This document shows positions 8,911 through 19,341 of a stretch of DNA of 64,000 nucleotides, in pieces. How positions within the stretch are numbered: the first letter of the stretch is position 1; each line of letters starts with the position of its first letter. The translations under genes and the position numbers were made by a program. Below the pieces are notes generated by a model. That model was not told where the DNA came from, did not search any database, and saw only the letters and a program-made list of their open reading frames with translations. The stretch spans positions 744,001-808,000 of the forward strand of contig BROI01000007.1 of the NCBI GenBank assembly GCA_027923505.1, given 5' to 3'. This DNA is from Mayamaea pseudoterrestris. Taxonomy: Eukaryota.

Positions 8911-11574
8911 TTAGATGCCATCATCGTCGTCGCCATTTTCGTCCTCGTTGTTAACAGTATCCTGTGCCCAGTACATGTCAAGAATCTGATCACTAGTTGT
9001 CGCATCTTCAGGATTCTTGTCCTCGCGAACGCGCTCGAACCGCGGAAAACGAAGCCCAATGCCTCGACCTTCCTCACCCGTCTTGCCGGACGCACCGCGA
9101 TGAGCCGACGACTTTGACATGTCCGCGGCCTTCACCTCCCACACCTGAACTGCATCAAACCAGACGTCGCATTCCAATTGATCCGAAACGTTGTACTGAC
9201 TGCTTTTTTGCGGAATGAGATGCTTGTTAAGTAAGTCGCTCAGGGATTTTAAAGCTTCATCCGAGAATCCTGTTCCCACCTTGCAAACGCTCTGAAATTC
9301 TTCCGTGTCAGGGTCGTAACACGCTAGCAAGTATGCGCCGTAGACGCCAGTGCGCTTGCCGCGGCCATGGTAAGCGCCGAGCGGAACAAGGTCGACCGAG
9401 TCGCCCAGCCCTTGCAAGTAGTCCTTCTTGAGCTTGAGCCAGTTCAAAGAACGCTTGGACGGTTCATACACAGCGTTCACATCAAGTGTCTTGACCATTA
9501 GTCCTTCGCACTGACCCTTGACAGCCGCATCTAGAAACTCTTCAATGACAATAGTGTCGCCATTCTCCTGATGATCCATTAGCTCGGCAAACTTGAATTT
9601 GCCTTCAACAGCGCGAAAATGTTCAAACAAAAGAGCGCGGCGCTCAGCCAACGTTTTGTCCAAGAGCGACTCGCCATTGAGGTACATAAGGTCAAAGGCT
9701 TCGACGATGACTTGCACTTTGGCTGTATCGGCAGACTCTTCCGTCTTTTTGCGTGTCGAAAGGATCTGGAAAGGAACCAATTTTCCCGTCTCTTGATTAA
9801 ATGCAACCACTTCGGCATCCATGACGAAGGAATCGACAGAAGAGCTCATGGCCTCTTTAACATACAATGGCACTTCAGGGTACTTCTCGGATGTATCGAG
9901 CAGGTTTCTCGAGAAAACCTTTGTGGCCGTTCCGCCCGGAAGCAAATGTACCTGTGCTCGCTCGCCATCATACTTAAATTCGCACGTGAAACGAAGCCCA
10001 TTCAAGCGTTTCAAGACCTCTTGGATACTTTTGGTGGGTTTGGCAAGCATTGGTGTGACTGGAACGCCGGGTGTGAGCGTACATTCACGATGTAATAGCT
10101 CGAGTGGCACCTTCATGCAGCCCTCAATGAGTTTTTCGTAGGAAGGGTACTCGTTGTAGGCCTTGCGAATGATGGAAACTGCTGCTTCTAAGCGCTTTTC
10201 AGGCGTGAGAGACTTGTCTAAGTATTGCAGCACCATCTCTGGCACTTTGCGATCTTTCGCTGATTGATCGATCTTGCTCGTCTCAAACGCTGGCGGAGTC
10301 AAGGCAAAGGCATGGGCCAAGGAGATTAATACAGTACTCTGAGCCAAGCCAATGCGCAACTTTCCTTGCAGACCACGGACAATGTATCGAATCTCAACTG
10401 GGCTAGAAACTCGCGTCAAGACTTTCTTGATGGCTTCCACCTTGAACTTTTGCGACTGACTGCCCTTGGTAGTCGCAATCGTTCGGAACACTTCAAGCAC
10501 CTCCTTGGCTGTCAACAACTTCTTCCCAGTCGCCGTTCCATTTACTGACGCGGCTGGTTTAGCTTGAAAGAAGCCTCCCAAGGTCTTTTGCTTGCTTTTG
10601 CACGACTCTGCAACCAATCCAAGGTCACCTTGCGCCTCGTAACGTTCCTTGATCAATTTTGGTGCCGTCCCAGTCGCTTCGCCAATGGCCTTGATGAGAA
10701 TGGCGTCTCCAATGCCAAGTTCGACGCATTTGTACGCTGGCGCAACCGAGTTGCTCGCCAAGTAACAAACGGTGAGTAAATCATCGGCAGCAGCCGAAAT
10801 CGACGACGAGTCAGAATGATTGTGATTGAGCACCAGCAACTTGCGGAACAATGTTGTGAGAATCTCCTGAATTTGCAGACGACTTGAAATTCCTTCAATA
10901 GCCGTCAATGCAGTGCAGAGAGCCGAGTAGGGAAGTTGTGAACCAGCTTCCCAATCGACCGTCAACTCGTCGTTCTTGGGAACGTCCTTGAGAGCCTTGA
11001 GTATTCCATTATTGTTACTCGACTTGCGACTCGCCGTTAATGAGGTCTGCCTCATAACTTTTGATGTATCTGTCGAAGTAGCAGCAGCACCATTGTTTAA
11101 CGCTGTTTCGGACTTGCTCGCAACGATAACTGCACCTTCGTTGTTCGTCACAACTCCGACCTCCATGTTCGTATCCTTCGAAATCATTTCTTCCTCCAAA
11201 CGAACAGCATCTTCTCTCAAATCTTGTTCAGATGTTTGTTTCTCAATTGCGTCGCTCATCTTGGTGTCTACGCCAGGTTCAGATTCGTCTTCTTCGTCAT
11301 CGTCGTCAATGACGAGTTTGCGTCGCTTGACGGAAGGTTCCTTGGCTCTCTTTCTGCCGACTGGAGCATCGTCGTCATCACTTTCCTCAGCCTCTAGCCG
11401 AGGCTGATTCTCGGCAGGTAAAGCTTGGCTATCCGCCGTGGCTGCTGCTGCTGCTGCTGCTGCTGCGTCGGACGACAAAGCATGGTTCTCCTTGGTTTCA
11501 TCAGAGGTCGGCGATGCAGCTGCCTTCTTCTTTTTGTCTCCAGAAAAGAACGAGCTGAGAGAGCGCTGTTTCAT
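8911..11574 (-). CDS. LIG1: DNA ligase I (ATP-dependent)
   Basis: N-terminal PIP box QRSLSSFF; active-site EFKYDGERAQ; EGLMVK, WLKLKKDY and GLRFPRF motifs. Confidence 0.97.
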   Translation of the reverse strand: MKQRSLSSFFSGDKKKKAAASPTSDETKENHALSSDAAAAAAAAATADSQALPAENQPRLEAEESDDDDAPVGRKRAKEPSVKRRKLVIDDDDEEDESEPGVDTKMSDAIEKQTSEQDLREDAVRLEEEMISKDTNMEVGVVTNNEGAVIVASKSETALNNGAAATSTDTSKVMRQTSLTASRKSSNNNGILKALKDVPKNDELTVDWEAGSQLPYSALCTALTAIEGISSRLQIQEILTTLFRKLLVLNHNHSDSSSISAAADDLLTVCYLASNSVAPAYKCVELGIGDAILIKAIGEATGTAPKLIKERYEAQGDLGLVAESCKSKQKTLGGFFQAKPAASVNGTATGKKLLTAKEVLEVFRTIATTKGSQSQKFKVEAIKKVLTRVSSPVEIRYIVRGLQGKLRIGLAQSTVLISLAHAFALTPPAFETSKIDQSAKDRKVPEMVLQYLDKSLTPEKRLEAAVSIIRKAYNEYPSYEKLIEGCMKVPLELLHRECTLTPGVPVTPMLAKPTKSIQEVLKRLNGLRFTCEFKYDGERAQVHLLPGGTATKVFSRNLLDTSEKYPEVPLYVKEAMSSSVDSFVMDAEVVAFNQETGKLVPFQILSTRKKTEESADTAKVQVIVEAFDLMYLNGESLLDKTLAERRALLFEHFRAVEGKFKFAELMDHQENGDTIVIEEFLDAAVKGQCEGLMVKTLDVNAVYEPSKRSLNWLKLKKDYLQGLGDSVDLVPLGAYHGRGKRTGVYGAYLLACYDPDTEEFQSVCKVGTGFSDEALKSLSDLLNKHLIPQKSSQYNVSDQLECDVWFDAVQVWEVKAADMSKSSAHRGASGKTGEEGRGIGLRFPRFERVREDKNPEDATTSDQILDMYWAQDTVNNEDENGDDDDGI
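11441..11466. repeat. (GCT)n microsatellite encoding poly-Ala in the LIG1 N-terminal region
   Basis: gctgctgctgctgctgctgctgctgc read directly. Confidence 0.9.
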
Positions 11575-11848
11575 ACTATCTGTATCTTATGGTGGATTTC
11601 GAAAATGTAATGGACTGACGATTGTGTTTAAAACAATGCTGGTGTCGATGTCAAATTGATCATGGCAAAACGATTGCAATGGAATGAGCCTCCGACAGAA
11701 TGTCTTAACGCGACTCAGCATTGGCTCGCAAAACGTCCAAAACCGCTGCGATGTTTGCCGTCGATCGCTCATCGCCATCAACGCGAAGCGACCATGGCAA
11801 TCAAGCTTCAATCCACCCTTGTTTCTGAGTAGCTATATTCCAGCTTCA

Positions 11849-13330
11849 ATGGTAGCGCTCCGGCGAATCTCATCATCCTCTAGACAATGCATTGTCTCGA
11901 TGCTCATAGTTGCAGCAGGTTTGGTTTCCGTCAGCTACTTTTTCATTTTACACCTTCAATTCGCTCGCGACAATAAATTTGATCCAACAGATTTTCAAAC
12001 GCATCGCTTCAAGGCTCAAACAATATATCGCAGTAGTGAGGCAGTGAATGAAGTAACGAAATATGCACCAGCTTCAACGACTCGCTTCCACATTGTTTTT
12101 AGCACTGGCTGCAGCGCCTTTCAAGACTGGCAGTCCTACGCATTCTTCTACCATATTTTGACATCGGGCCAAACTGGCAATGTTACGCGAGTAGCATCAG
12201 GATGCTCCGATGAACAGGGCCAAGTCTTGCAAAAGATTTTCAAAGAGCAAATTATACCGCTAGCGCCGGATCGGTTTCACTTGCATCTCACGCCCGAGTA
12301 CGGCAACATTGTACCTGGTGAAAGATACAAGTTCTTCAACAAGCCATTTGGGCTAAGTCACTGGTTTGAGCAAGGCTTGCGATACAAAGAGCATGCATCT
12401 GACTACGACGACACGATATTTGTCATTCTTGACCCCGATGAGATTGTCATTCGACCCTTTTTGCAAGACTACACACATGCCAAAGAAATCTTTTATCCAC
12501 TCGATCGAATACACACGGCCGTCGAACACGGGAAGCCAATGGCAGCCTTGTATGGCTTGGGAGCACATTATATGAAATTGGTTAACTTGGAAGAAATCTT
12601 GGGCAGTGCCGAAGCAGCCGCTCAATCGCCCACTTCCAAATGGACGCATTCGGATGTTTCGCACCACTACTCCGCTGGACCGCCGTACATTGCGACGGGG
12701 CGCGACATGTATCGCATTGTCAAGACGTGGCGAGAGTTTGTGGTACCAGTCTATACACAAACGAACGAACATTTGGCGGAAATGTATGCATACTCAATAG
12801 CTGCGCTCCACCTCAATCTACCTCACCAGCTCGTCAACTCATTCATGGTGTCGCACTCCGTCATGGAGCAGGAAGGATGGCCCTTGATTGACAAGCTGGA
12901 TAATGTTTGCGCAGAAGATCTCAACACGGACGAGCTACCACACGTGCTACACTTTTGCCAACGATACGGCTTGGGGCCTTGGATGTTTGCCAAGTTTGCC
13001 CTTCCGACCAACTTTTTGTCGTGTCACTATCCTCTCTTGCTGTTACCAAACGAAACTGAAATACGGACAATGCATCTAGACTACAACTATGGTTACTTCC
13101 CACCTGGAAAAATGGAACCGATCAAACGGCCATCGGTGGTTGCCAAACGACACGCCTTTATGATTTGTCAATTGACGCGAAAGCTGAACGAAGCGGCGAC
13201 GTATTGGAAGCAGCATCACTGCAACGGACCTGACCAAGTCGCCAACTATGAGCACGCCATTATATTCCCCCACTTGATGCAGGGCGATGTTTGGAAAACG
13301 CTTAATAAAACCAAGGCTGACTGGACGTGA
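11849..13330 (+). CDS. Peptidyl-serine alpha-galactosyltransferase / hydroxyproline O-arabinosyltransferase-like (SGT1/HPAT family)
   Basis: TM anchor; HIVFSTGCSAFQDWQS, SGQTGNVTRVASGC, YKFFNKPFGL, ILDPD (DxD), AGPPY, AEMYAY and HFCQRY motifs; the upstream in-frame ATG at 11684 is an alternative start. Confidence 0.8.
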   Translation: MVALRRISSSSRQCIVSMLIVAAGLVSVSYFFILHLQFARDNKFDPTDFQTHRFKAQTIYRSSEAVNEVTKYAPASTTRFHIVFSTGCSAFQDWQSYAFFYHILTSGQTGNVTRVASGCSDEQGQVLQKIFKEQIIPLAPDRFHLHLTPEYGNIVPGERYKFFNKPFGLSHWFEQGLRYKEHASDYDDTIFVILDPDEIVIRPFLQDYTHAKEIFYPLDRIHTAVEHGKPMAALYGLGAHYMKLVNLEEILGSAEAAAQSPTSKWTHSDVSHHYSAGPPYIATGRDMYRIVKTWREFVVPVYTQTNEHLAEMYAYSIAALHLNLPHQLVNSFMVSHSVMEQEGWPLIDKLDNVCAEDLNTDELPHVLHFCQRYGLGPWMFAKFALPTNFLSCHYPLLLLPNETEIRTMHLDYNYGYFPPGKMEPIKRPSVVAKRHAFMICQLTRKLNEAATYWKQHHCNGPDQVANYEHAIIFPHLMQGDVWKTLNKTKADWT

Positions 13331-13560
13331 TAGTTTCTGCGCGTGACTTTGGTAGCTAAGATGAGCAGCCGCCGTTAAATGAAGCTTATGCTGCTAAGAA
13401 ATATAAGACCACCTCTTGATATCCCAAGTAATTTTATCATGTTAAATAGCGTATAGCTTATTTTTAACTAACTGTACGGTATTGTATTAGATTGTATCTC
13501 TGCTCTTGTTACAAACGCTCCCTTAGCCAAACCCAGCGGCTACATCACAACCACCACCAC

Positions 13561-15150
13561 TCATCCTTGAAAGATTGTTGCTGGCGAAGATTGTCTTCGC
13601 TCCAGAAACTGCCTTGGCCGAATGGTTGGTTGCACCGGACTGAACACTTGCTGTTGACGCTGTACGCTCGACATTTCGTTCGTCGATGGAAAGGTTGTCA
13701 TTTTGGTTTCATGTACCGCCGGCATGGCCTGATGATGCTCGCATGACGTTGGCGTCAGGAGAAACTTGGACGAGGCAGCTTCCGCCAAGTCGTGCGGCGT
13801 GGCCTCGACGGACTGCAGCCACTGGTAGGCGCGGTCCTGCTTGCGCTTGCGGCGCAATGATCGCTTGTCGCTGAAATGATGGTGGTCACCCATGGTATTC
13901 GTTGTCGTTGTCGCCATGTCCATGTGCAGTTCACGTGGCATAAAGGTGGACCGCGCCGGAAGAATCACGACACGCTGATTCGTTTCTTGAGCTGCCAACG
14001 GCACGCAGTCGGTTTCGTCCATGTACAAGCTCGACTTGGATCCCCGACTGGACCAGCTGGCGTCATCGTCAAAGCTGCATCGCACAATGCTGTCTTCGTC
14101 ATCATCGTCATAGTCGCCGCAGGTTGTGACGCTGCCATTCTCAAAATTATGGGCCATGTGAATGCTTGGAATGGACTCGACGCGCTCATCCATGGGAATG
14201 GGTTCACTCAAGTGGTGATGAAAGTCGAAGCGATGCTGCTTGTCCACGGAAACGGTGCGTCGGGGGATGAAGATTTGGTCCAAATCCTTTTGCTGGGAAA
14301 GTGTCAAGACGTCATTCATCATTTGCGGTCGGCTTGGTTGGTAGGGTGTCAAGTTTTTTGTGGGTGTCGCGTCTGGTGGACTGGGCGTGGCATCGGACGA
14401 AGCAAACGCTGCGTCGTCGACATACTGTGATAGACTCGTCAGCGAGTAGTGCCGACATTGACTCAATGGTTCCGGCATGGCAGGTGCATGGTGTCTGGTG
14501 GGTGTCCCCTGAAGTTTCGAATGACTCTGCATCAGTGGGATCGACGGGCCAGGTTTGCTGCTGCCGCCATCGGGAAGACGGAGAAAGGCTTCTCCACGCA
14601 GAGCGTCCTCCTCCGGCGAAACCAAATTGGTGGATGATGCAGCTGCTCGATGATGATGATGCTGACTGAACGATAATGGCGTGACACCAGAAGCATGCAT
14701 GTACTCGGTGCCATGACGCGTATTGCGCATGACTGGTGTCAAGTCGTTGCGTGTCGACGGTAAAAAGTGGTTCAGCAGTCGCGCCGTGGCTGCTGCGCTC
14801 GATAAAGTAGCACTGCTGCTTGCTTGCGACGATGCTTGCGACTGAGAAAGGGTTCTGTCTTGTTCTTGCTTGGGAAGAATAGGCTTGGAGTATCCCCTCG
14901 CCGGTGTGCAGGGGCCTTGTGAGTTCTTCGTCGTCGTTGGCCGGGCATCTTTGTCGAGCGTCGACAAAGATAAGTCTTCTGGCGAGACACTGTCTTGAAG
15001 TTTCAGTAGGGTCAGTCTCTCGTGGAGGAGCTCGGCGCAAGGAGCGGTTTCTGGAGCGTTCCCGACCGTTGCGAGTTGCTTCGCTGTCATGAGAATGGGA
15101 GATTCAATTGATGCGACTTCAGTCGAGACTTGAGACGGCGCACCTTCCAT
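13561..15150 (-). CDS. Hypothetical low-complexity (S/T/P/H-rich) protein
   Basis: 529-aa ATG-initiated ORF; basic cluster RRKRKQ followed by RAYQWLQSVE...LAEAASSKFL; no domain recognised. Confidence 0.65.
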   Translation of the reverse strand: MEGAPSQVSTEVASIESPILMTAKQLATVGNAPETAPCAELLHERLTLLKLQDSVSPEDLSLSTLDKDARPTTTKNSQGPCTPARGYSKPILPKQEQDRTLSQSQASSQASSSATLSSAAATARLLNHFLPSTRNDLTPVMRNTRHGTEYMHASGVTPLSFSQHHHHRAAASSTNLVSPEEDALRGEAFLRLPDGGSSKPGPSIPLMQSHSKLQGTPTRHHAPAMPEPLSQCRHYSLTSLSQYVDDAAFASSDATPSPPDATPTKNLTPYQPSRPQMMNDVLTLSQQKDLDQIFIPRRTVSVDKQHRFDFHHHLSEPIPMDERVESIPSIHMAHNFENGSVTTCGDYDDDDEDSIVRCSFDDDASWSSRGSKSSLYMDETDCVPLAAQETNQRVVILPARSTFMPRELHMDMATTTTNTMGDHHHFSDKRSLRRKRKQDRAYQWLQSVEATPHDLAEAASSKFLLTPTSCEHHQAMPAVHETKMTTFPSTNEMSSVQRQQQVFSPVQPTIRPRQFLERRQSSPATIFQG

Positions 15151-16533
15151 CTTGTTTCAGTTGCTGTCGAGTAGAAAGCGTTTCGCGTCTCCCACAATTT
15201 CGATTCGATTTGCAACTGTGTTTAGTCCTTTTAAACTTTTAGAATGGTCACATAAGGCGCCGCTAGACGAACAATTGTGATGATGTGAATCGCTTAGGCG
15301 CCTTTTCCGTCGGATCGCCTTGGTCGTTTGTAAAGACTGAATCTCGTCCGGCGGCGTCAACGGCATGTCAACGATCTGTTCGTCAAGCCTACCTACGACC
15401 AAAATCGGATGGGGGACTTTTTTCCGTCACACTTCGTGCCAATGCGGGTGAATCGAAAATTTCGTCGAACCCGGGCGCGGCAGGCGCGACGGCGCGGCAG
15501 ATTCAAATTGAACTTGATAGGGTTCAAGTTATTTAGACAGTCGCAATGCTGGGAGATTGCTGCCGCTAGCTACCGCACCAAGTTGTGTTTGGCCACAGTT
15601 GGCTCCACCAACAACTGCTGGAAGCTTCATCTCTCTCAAACAGACATCCATTACCCCTTACACGCATTGCTTTATAGTGTGCCCCATAGTTTACTTTCAA
15701 GTGGTTTAGCTACCTAACTGTAAGGCAGATCACACCTGGAGGTCGATACTGCTCAGCCTCAATGCCATGCTCAACTACTGGTACCTTTCGGCCACTTTAC
15801 AATGCTACGAGTTGCAGTTACTACTGTACCAGTACCGTACAAATCAAGACCAAGAAGCAAGATGGAGCAGGGACGGGACAAGACCACTCGACTCTCTCCA
15901 TCCCGCCACGAAATCTTGGATCGCACCCAATGACTTTTTGCCGCGGTTACCTTCGCCTTTCACTCCACAATGACTGCGCGGAAGACAGTTTCACTCGTGG
16001 TTGCGACGCGCTTGACCTGTTTTACGATTTGCCACGACCAAGACAAGGGCCAAACCCTCCGTTGAATAAGTAACGTTGCATACGCGCTAGCGTGACGTCT
16101 TGGAAGCGAATCGGGTCCCATGTCAACGCCAATCAAAAGCTTCGATCCGTCTGACGTGATTTTTCACTTCCGTTGGAACGACCAACGAAACCAGCCGAAG
16201 GTGCAGTGCGACGCTCGAAAAATAGTTTGACCGCGCGACCATGAACGAATTCGAAACAAGCGTTGAGTGGAACGTCTAGCGGGAGCTAACTGCAGCTGGA
16301 AGCCTTTTTTCTAACGCGGATCTGGATGAAGATGGAATGAGGCGAGCGATGAATTGCATGTTGGACTTTGATAGGCGACTCTAGGGTCGGCCGGCAAGCT
16401 ACTCGGAGTAGTAAGCTCCTTGTACCTATAGCATTTCATTGAAACTGTGTATGATACTGTAAATCAAGTTTATGAATTTAATGGTAGTACAAGTATTACT
16501 GTTTCAACATGTGTGCACGTATTGGCGTGCAAA

Positions 16534-17421
16534 TTAGTAGCCATCCACGGCACGGGGTGATCCATCGACCGACATGCGACGGGATGGCTTGCTCGTCGAC
16601 GACGAGACACAGGCTGGTTGCATGCAAACGTCCGTCGTATTTTGTCGCATGACGCTTTCGTAGAGCCAGTTGGTAACCAAGTCGGTAGCATCGCAGCCTG
16701 CCATGCTCATGTCAAGACCAAGGGCGTCCGCCATGACACGTCCAACCTTGTCAATGGCAAATCGATCAAGACCGACACTTTCAAAGGCATTCATCAGCGA
16801 GCAGTAGGCAATTGTGGATGGCTGGACTGTCAAAAAGGCATACTCGTTGACGGCAAGCTCCGCCTGGTACTTGGAAAGGTCATGTACGGTGCGTTGCATT
16901 GACTGCGTGGGCAGCAAATCTTGTGTCGACTCCAAGTCCATCAAGAGACGAACAAAGGACAGGGACGTGGGAGGATTGACGCGCCAGTCGAGCGCCTGGA
17001 GAATGATGGCTTCCATCTCCTCAATCTGAGTCGGCGTGTAGGTACCGCGTGACAAGTTGGAGACGAGCAAGGGATTCATGGCTTCCGGTTCATGAATTTT
17101 GACCGCCGTGTAGAGGCAAGACATGGCGGCGAGCTGGTAGACTTGACGATCCTCCCGGGCTTGCTTGCCTGCTGGCGTCGCGGAGAAGCGATCTAAGTAG
17201 TTCATGGCAATCTCAGCAGTCTCACGACGAAAGCGGCAAAAGTCAATGACTTGAAAGCACCAGGCTGCCATCTTGGTGCGGCAGTCAATGTCCACATGCT
17301 GTGCACTGGTCACGGCTGGAGCAGCTTGGTCTTGTTGCTGTTCAAGGAGAAAGGGAGTCTTGGTGTATGATTGTTCCTGGCGGCGCATGGCCGAGATGGT
17401 GTTTAACGCAAAGTCACACAT
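16534..17421 (-). CDS. Cyclin (diatom-type cyclin)
   Basis: Cyclin box DCRTKMAAWCFQVIDFC...ETAEIAMNYLDRF...YQLAAMSCLYTAVKIHE...MEAIILQALDWRVNPPT; likely start MCDFALN at 17421. Confidence 0.92.
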   Translation of the reverse strand: MCDFALNTISAMRRQEQSYTKTPFLLEQQQDQAAPAVTSAQHVDIDCRTKMAAWCFQVIDFCRFRRETAEIAMNYLDRFSATPAGKQAREDRQVYQLAAMSCLYTAVKIHEPEAMNPLLVSNLSRGTYTPTQIEEMEAIILQALDWRVNPPTSLSFVRLLMDLESTQDLLPTQSMQRTVHDLSKYQAELAVNEYAFLTVQPSTIAYCSLMNAFESVGLDRFAIDKVGRVMADALGLDMSMAGCDATDLVTNWLYESVMRQNTTDVCMQPACVSSSTSKPSRRMSVDGSPRAVDGY

Positions 17422-18447
17422 GGTCAAAGTAGTATATTGTTCAACGGGCTTGTTGTTGCGACGATTGATTTCGGTCGGATTTTGGTTTTGTGAGCAGGGA
17501 GGCGAGCGAAGAAAACCGAAACCGAAAGGCGCGGGCCAAGAGTGCTGGCGTGGAACACGATGATCGCCTCCGTTGACTCGATCCGACTGGATCGGAAGCA
17601 ATCGGGCCCAAGACCAAACGGCAAGTCCAACGGTACAGCCTATGACTGTGACCTTCTGACGGGCAATGGCAAACATGACACCCAAGACACGGAGTCCCAC
17701 TTTTGTTAAACAGAAATCCGAACAATGTCCCGAAAGACGTGAAGATTAGCTTCAAGTGCAACGCGCAGTCGTTAATTAAATCGGAGATGAACGTCACTCC
17801 GGCCTTCGTTCAACCGGAACCGAACGTTTCGCTCTCCGCGTCATGGGGATTGAACTTGGTGACGGACTTCAACTACCGGAGTGCGCAGTTTCTCCGACAA
17901 AACATCACTGCTGCGGGAAGTATGACTCGTCTCCGACGGAAAGGCTCCACTGACTGGCTGCCGCCTGACGTTTTTGATACGACTGCGTGGTTGAAACTCC
18001 ATCGGAAGCAAGCAGTCAAATTATCCGACCGATATAACGAAACGAGCATGCACGAATGGACGGGATTTCTACACCTCTGGCCAGTAGTTTGTCCGAAGCC
18101 AGCTGCGTCACACAACGAAAGCGTCCCGATCGGACAATCAGCTACCGTACTTTCTACAAACATGATATCAATAAGACTGCTCTTACAGTAAAAGAAATCA
18201 CATCCCATTGCTGGCCTGATGACGATGGAGATGAGTAGGTTGACTTTGAAGGTTTACCGTTGAGCAAAAACAAGCTCACCAGCTTTCGACAATGACAATC
18301 GCGCGACTGCTCGGGCGATACATTTTGCATGAGGTATAAGATAGACATACTGTGCACGAATATATATAAGCCGTAGACTCTATATTGAATATTAGTCAAT
18401 CGCTCGGTTCGAAACATGCTATGCTTGCGATTCGCGTTGCAGCTCCA

Positions 18448-18948
18448 TCACGGTACTTGTTGGTAGTTTCTAACTCGATTTCTCAGAACATTTCCAGCTT
18501 CATTACTGCCACTCGGTCGCTTGCTCCCCTTTGGTCGTTTGCTGCCTTTCGGCTGCTTGCTTCTTTTTGACGTCTTGGTGCCTTTCGCTGTCTTGCTTCC
18601 CTTTGACGCCTTGGTACCTTTCGCTACTTTGGTACTACCTTTTGGTGCCTTGCTGCGTTTGGGTGCCTTGCTCCCTTTTGGTCGTTTGCTGGATTTTTGC
18701 GACTTTGCTGCTTGCAGGTCGCGAACGCGATTCTGAATGATCTTTAGCTTGTTGATGATAGGGTGCGGCTCGTTGACAGTAGCTCGGACTGCCCGACCTT
18801 CGGTAGATTTGACTTTAAAAACCGCAGTTTTGTGTGATGTCCGCGACGATGCTTCTCCAAGCTCGCTCAACTCAATTTTCACATCGCTTCCATTAGTAAA
18901 CCTCGTCACTAGTAATAGTAGCAATGCAACGTATAGAGGCGTGAACAT
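18448..18948 (-). CDS. Secreted Lys/Ser/Gly-rich KxxK-repeat protein (silaffin-like)
   Basis: Signal peptide MFTPLYVALLLLLVTRFTNG; RDL (RxL) site followed by KSQKSSKRPKGSKAPKRSKAPKGSTKVAKGTKASKGSKTAKGTKTSKRSKQPKGSKRPKGSKRP. Confidence 0.7.
   Translation of the reverse strand: MFTPLYVALLLLLVTRFTNGSDVKIELSELGEASSRTSHKTAVFKVKSTEGRAVRATVNEPHPIINKLKIIQNRVRDLQAAKSQKSSKRPKGSKAPKRSKAPKGSTKVAKGTKASKGSKTAKGTKTSKRSKQPKGSKRPKGSKRPSGSNEAGNVLRNRVRNYQQVP
18520..18710. repeat. Degenerate 9/18-nt coding tandem repeat (Kxx units)
   Basis: Recurrent cttttggtcgtttgctg, cttggtgcctttcgct and ggtgccttgct units. Confidence 0.75.
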
Positions 18949-19341
18949 CTTGCTTTTAGGGATGTTTCGCTTACGCAACGAGTTTTGTGAGTTGTGCATG
19001 GTGCATGCCAATGCCTCTACGCTATCTTGTTTAGCGTTCTAACCATTCGAGTTTATTGTATGTCAACAAAATTGTCGAAGGCGCACACTAAGCCGTACCT
19101 GTAGTTTGCGCTAGGATCCTTAGCAATGCTTTGCAAGAATCGACAAATCGTGTAGCAACGATGTAACGTTGCGACATAGAATTGAACATGATCAACGCAC
19201 CAGCTAGCTAGTGCTTGATTGCTTATATAGTTTGAAATGTGATATGAGTACGGTTTACCATTAACCATCTACGCTGCTGCTACGTTTCTTTCATCCCACT
19301 CATCACTATCCGCTCTTATCGCTATCAATTGGCATCGCTTT

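Noticed and set aside
14312..15040. 242-aa alternative-frame ORF nested in the 13561-15150 gene
   Set aside because: Arg/Ser-rich shadow-frame composition, non-ATG start and no motifs.
15150..16530. Long intergenic stretch with short ORFs
   Set aside because: No terminal repeats, transposase motifs or recognisable RNA gene.
17703..18191. 162-aa + strand ORF upstream of the cyclin gene
   Set aside because: TTG start and no recognisable motif; more likely promoter or intergenic sequence.
18520..18710. Tandem repeat considered as a CRISPR array
   Set aside because: Degenerate codon-periodic coding repeat without unique spacers; eukaryotic context and no cas genes.
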